Of a DNA stretch of 64,000 nucleotides, positions 61,986-64,000 are shown one piece after another. A program made the position numbers and the translations under genes. The first letter of the stretch is position 1, and every line of letters starts with the position of its first letter. The notes beneath the pieces were generated by a model. The model did no database searches, was not told the origin of the DNA, and saw only the letters and a program-made list of their open reading frames with translations. Source of the stretch: an uncultured beta proteobacterium (GTDB lineage: Bacteria > Pseudomonadota > Gammaproteobacteria > Burkholderiales > SHXO01); assembly GCA_963705615.1 (NCBI GenBank), contig CAVPKE010000004.1, positions 414,535 through 478,534 on the forward strand, read 5' to 3'.

Positions 61986-62273
61986 GACGTCTATGTTTCC
62001 TAAGACTTCTCCACGAGAATCGCGACAGCCTCAGGAAGCTGCGCGGTGACGCCATCGCCGGGGCTGACCCCACAAACGGCGCTCACTCCGCCTCGCCGAG
62101 CGGCCTGCACCATACCTCATCTTTTTAGACGCTCTTACGATCTTTGTCCTTGCGATCCCGTCCGACGGCCAAGCATACGCAGCGCCTCATTCGGGTCTTT
62201 GACTTAGATCAAGTCGGCCAGTGCGCCCGCATGGATGATATACGAACACCGCCGTGGAACGACATTGGGCGGC

Positions 62274-62429
62274 CTACGCACCGGCGGATGTTTGTGCTCC
62301 TTGATGACTCGCGAATTCAGCGCCCGACGCAAAAGCCTCCGTCGCAAAGCCGGCGGACGACAGCAATCGCATCAGCACGATACGGACTTCGGAGTCGTCG
62401 TCCACGACGGCCACCAGCTCGCTCGGCAT
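62274..62429 (-). pseudogene. Response-regulator receiver-domain fragment (FixJ/NarL-like N-terminus), decayed downstream
   Basis: MPSELVAVVDDDSEVRIVLMRLLSSAGFATEAFASGAEF, then a stop. Receiver-like scraps continue in other frames down to ~62100. Confidence 0.55.
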
Positions 62430-62458
62430 GGAATTTCTGCCTCGCAAGCCGGACTGCG
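62408..62458. repeat. Direct repeat copy A (27-nt identical core + 24 nt at about 83%)
   Basis: CGGCCACCAGCTCGCTCGGCATGGAAT is identical to 63904-63930. The flanks TTCTGCCTCGCAAGCCGGACTGCG and GTATGCTCGCAAGCCGGGCTGCG are similar. Confidence 0.7.
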
Positions 62459-62607
62459 TGCTCGGCTGGACCTTGGTCCAGCGTCCCGGGAACCAGTGTC
62501 GCGGGTGACTGCTGGCTGTCACGGATGCGCTCGCGCTGGCGTCGAGTTGCGCCGGGGACAGGAGCCGGGCAGGGCGAGCGTATCAGTTAGTTGTCAACAC
62601 ATACGTA

Positions 62608-63138
62608 TTGACGATTACCCATGTCTCGCGCTATTCTAAACGCGTGCGCACCACAGCCAAGTCCGATCAGCTTCAGATTCGCGTGTCACCGGCCGAGAAG
62701 GCCGCCATTCAGCGCGCGGCGCGGCGGGCCGGTATGGACATGTCGGCTTATGTACTCGCTCGGGTGCTGCCCGCTGCGGCGCGCCGTTTTCGGGATCTCA
62801 CCGAGGCCTGCCGAGATCCACAGGGCGCGCGTTTCGCGCTGGCCGAGCTGAACTCTTGGCTGGCCAGCCTCAATGCGGGCGAGCTCCGGGAAGCGGTGCT
62901 GTCGCCGCCCGCGGAGCTCACGCCCCATCTCGCCAACTATGTCGCCGCGATGGTGGAATATGCATGCGGGCGACAGGGCGTCGTGCCGCCGGCGTGGACC
63001 CACGCGATTGCTCCGCTGACGGAGCCGGTATTCGGCTCCACCCTCATGAGCCTGCGCCTGCATCTGCTCAGTCATTCGCCGCCGCCCTTCCGGCGGCGCA
63101 ATATCTTCATCGACGCCTCGGTTGGCTCCCGGGTTTGA
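62608..63138 (+). CDS. Ribbon-helix-helix (CopG/MobC-like) protein with ~120-aa helical C-terminal domain
   Basis: LQIRVSPAEKAAIQRAARRAGMDMSAYVLARVL is a typical RHH motif. The start is TTG 62608 or GTG 62644. An AT-richer upstream region contains the palindrome ATACGTAT. Confidence 0.65.
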   Translation: MTITHVSRYSKRVRTTAKSDQLQIRVSPAEKAAIQRAARRAGMDMSAYVLARVLPAAARRFRDLTEACRDPQGARFALAELNSWLASLNAGELREAVLSPPAELTPHLANYVAAMVEYACGRQGVVPPAWTHAIAPLTEPVFGSTLMSLRLHLLSHSPPPFRRRNIFIDASVGSRV

Positions 63139-63150
63139 GCTACGCGCAAG

Positions 63151-63687
63151 ATGGCGGCGCTCAGTGACACCGACATTCGCAGGCTCTTCGAGCTGCTGAA
63201 CGAGGAGCTACGCCGGTCAGATACGCAGGGGGAGCTGTTCCTGGTTGGCGGGGCCGTGATGTGCCTGGCCTATGCCGCCCGCCCCTCTACCGAGGATGTG
63301 GATGGCCTGTTCCGCCCCGCCCGCCAGGTTCGGGAAGCGGCCGCGCGCGTCGCGGTGCAGGCGGGCCTGCAGGCCGACTGGCTCAACGATGGCGTGAAAG
63401 GATTCTTGAGTGAGCACGGGGAGTACGCCACGTTCCTCGAGCTGGACCATCTGCGCGTGATGGTGGCGCAGCCGGCCTACCTGCTGGCCATGAAATGCCT
63501 GTCACTGCGGATCGGCGCGGAGTTCCACGACGAGGACGACATCCGCTATTTGCTCCGCCATCTCGATATCAGCAGCTACGAGCAAGCGGTGGCCGTTATC
63601 ACGCACTACTATCCGTTGGAGCGCTTTCCGCAGAAAACGCTGTACGCACTGGGAGAGTTGTTGCCAAAGCCAAAGAGAACGCGCTGA
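63151..63687 (+). CDS. Minimal nucleotidyltransferase-fold protein (DUF6036-like)
   Basis: 178-aa intact ORF, 12 nt after the RHH gene. NTase motif LVGGAVMCLAYAARPSTEDVDGLF (GG-x14-DxD). Confidence 0.7.
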   Translation: MAALSDTDIRRLFELLNEELRRSDTQGELFLVGGAVMCLAYAARPSTEDVDGLFRPARQVREAAARVAVQAGLQADWLNDGVKGFLSEHGEYATFLELDHLRVMVAQPAYLLAMKCLSLRIGAEFHDEDDIRYLLRHLDISSYEQAVAVITHYYPLERFPQKTLYALGELLPKPKRTR

Positions 63688-63739
63688 CGCTCGGCTTCGA
63701 GTGCGTCGGCGATGACTCGGAGCCGGCTGCTCTGGCTCG

Positions 63740-64000
63740 CTAGTGGTGATACGGGCCCGGGGGAGCCACGCCGGCCCGCTCCGCCAGCCTGACCAGATCG
63801 GCGACCGAGCGCACGCCGAGCTTTCTCATCAAGTTCCCGCGATGGAACTCGATGGTCTTCTCTCCGGTGCCGAGATCGGCTGCGATCTGCTTGTTCAGCC
63901 GCCCGGCCACCAGCTCGCTCGGCATGGAATGTATGCTCGCAAGCCGGGCTGCGCGCTTGCGCAAAATGACCGCGTACTCGTCCGGGACGGCCGCCCGCAT
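63740..64000 (-). CDS. LuxR/FixJ-type HTH domain (either the C-terminus of a regulator running off the window, or a 61-aa HTH-only protein starting at ATG 63922)
   Basis: GRLNKQIAADLGTGEKTIEFHRGNLMRKLGVRSVADLVRLA is a LuxR-type HTH. The segment before it (SMPSELVA) is the repeated sequence. Confidence 0.7.
   Translation of the reverse strand: MRAAVPDEYAVILRKRAARLASIHSMPSELVAGRLNKQIAADLGTGEKTIEFHRGNLMRKLGVRSVADLVRLAERAGVAPPGPYHH
63904..63953. repeat. Direct repeat copy B
   Basis: See 62408-62458. The copies are 1496 bp apart in the same orientation. Confidence 0.7.

Noticed and set aside
1-64000. tRNA, rRNA, tmRNA, riboswitch, IS element or integrase anywhere in the window
   Set aside because: I found no T-loop or acceptor-like motifs outside coding sequence, no rRNA-like conserved blocks, no transposase or recombinase-like ORF, and no recognisable riboswitch cores in the few long intergenic regions (2662-2945, 13660-14008, 40377-40643).

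Overview
High-GC (about 65%) window from a diderm, proteobacteria-like chromosome or MAG contig. I found no rRNA, tRNA, CRISPR array or IS/transposase.

Layout:
(i) 1 to ~5.45 kb is an integron gene-cassette array on the + strand. It has canonical attC sites, and each cassette start is the reverse complement of its own inverse core. The array decays into attC-like remnants and small accessory genes up to ~9.5 kb. intI/attI should lie left of position 1.
(ii) 9.6-19.3 kb holds mixed accessory and metabolic genes: two PF04392-type binding-protein paralogs (one decayed), hydrolases, NTF2-like proteins, an enolase-superfamily enzyme, a methyltransferase, and a DUF2950/DUF3300 pair.
(iii) 19.5-25.4 kb is a cluster of DUF3141 (PhaC-like), pta, ackA, a Pat-type GNAT and fabI.
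(iv) 26.9-40.0 kb is a ~13 kb co-directional block: DcaP-like porin, LdcA-type decarboxylase, SpeF-type ornithine decarboxylase, PotE, a periplasmic binding protein, arcA, arcB, an APA-family permease and arcC.
(v) 40.0-49.4 kb holds phosphoketolase, a metallophosphoesterase, a GT21-like glycosyltransferase, nhaA, ppk2 and sulP.
(vi) 49.5-50.3 kb is a HEPN/MNT toxin-antitoxin pair.
(vii) 50.4-62.0 kb holds twelve consecutive minus-strand genes that all encode exported or outer-membrane proteins: four beta-barrels, two DUF1254/DUF1214 proteins, a LolA-like DUF2092 protein and paralogous unknowns.
(viii) 62.1-64.0 kb is response-regulator debris around an RHH plus minimal-nucleotidyltransferase module, flanked by ~50-bp direct repeats.

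Roughly 40-45 single-base frame breaks interrupt otherwise well-conserved genes between 9.2 and 60 kb. I read most of these as consensus indel errors. For those genes the coordinates give the reconstructed span across frames.
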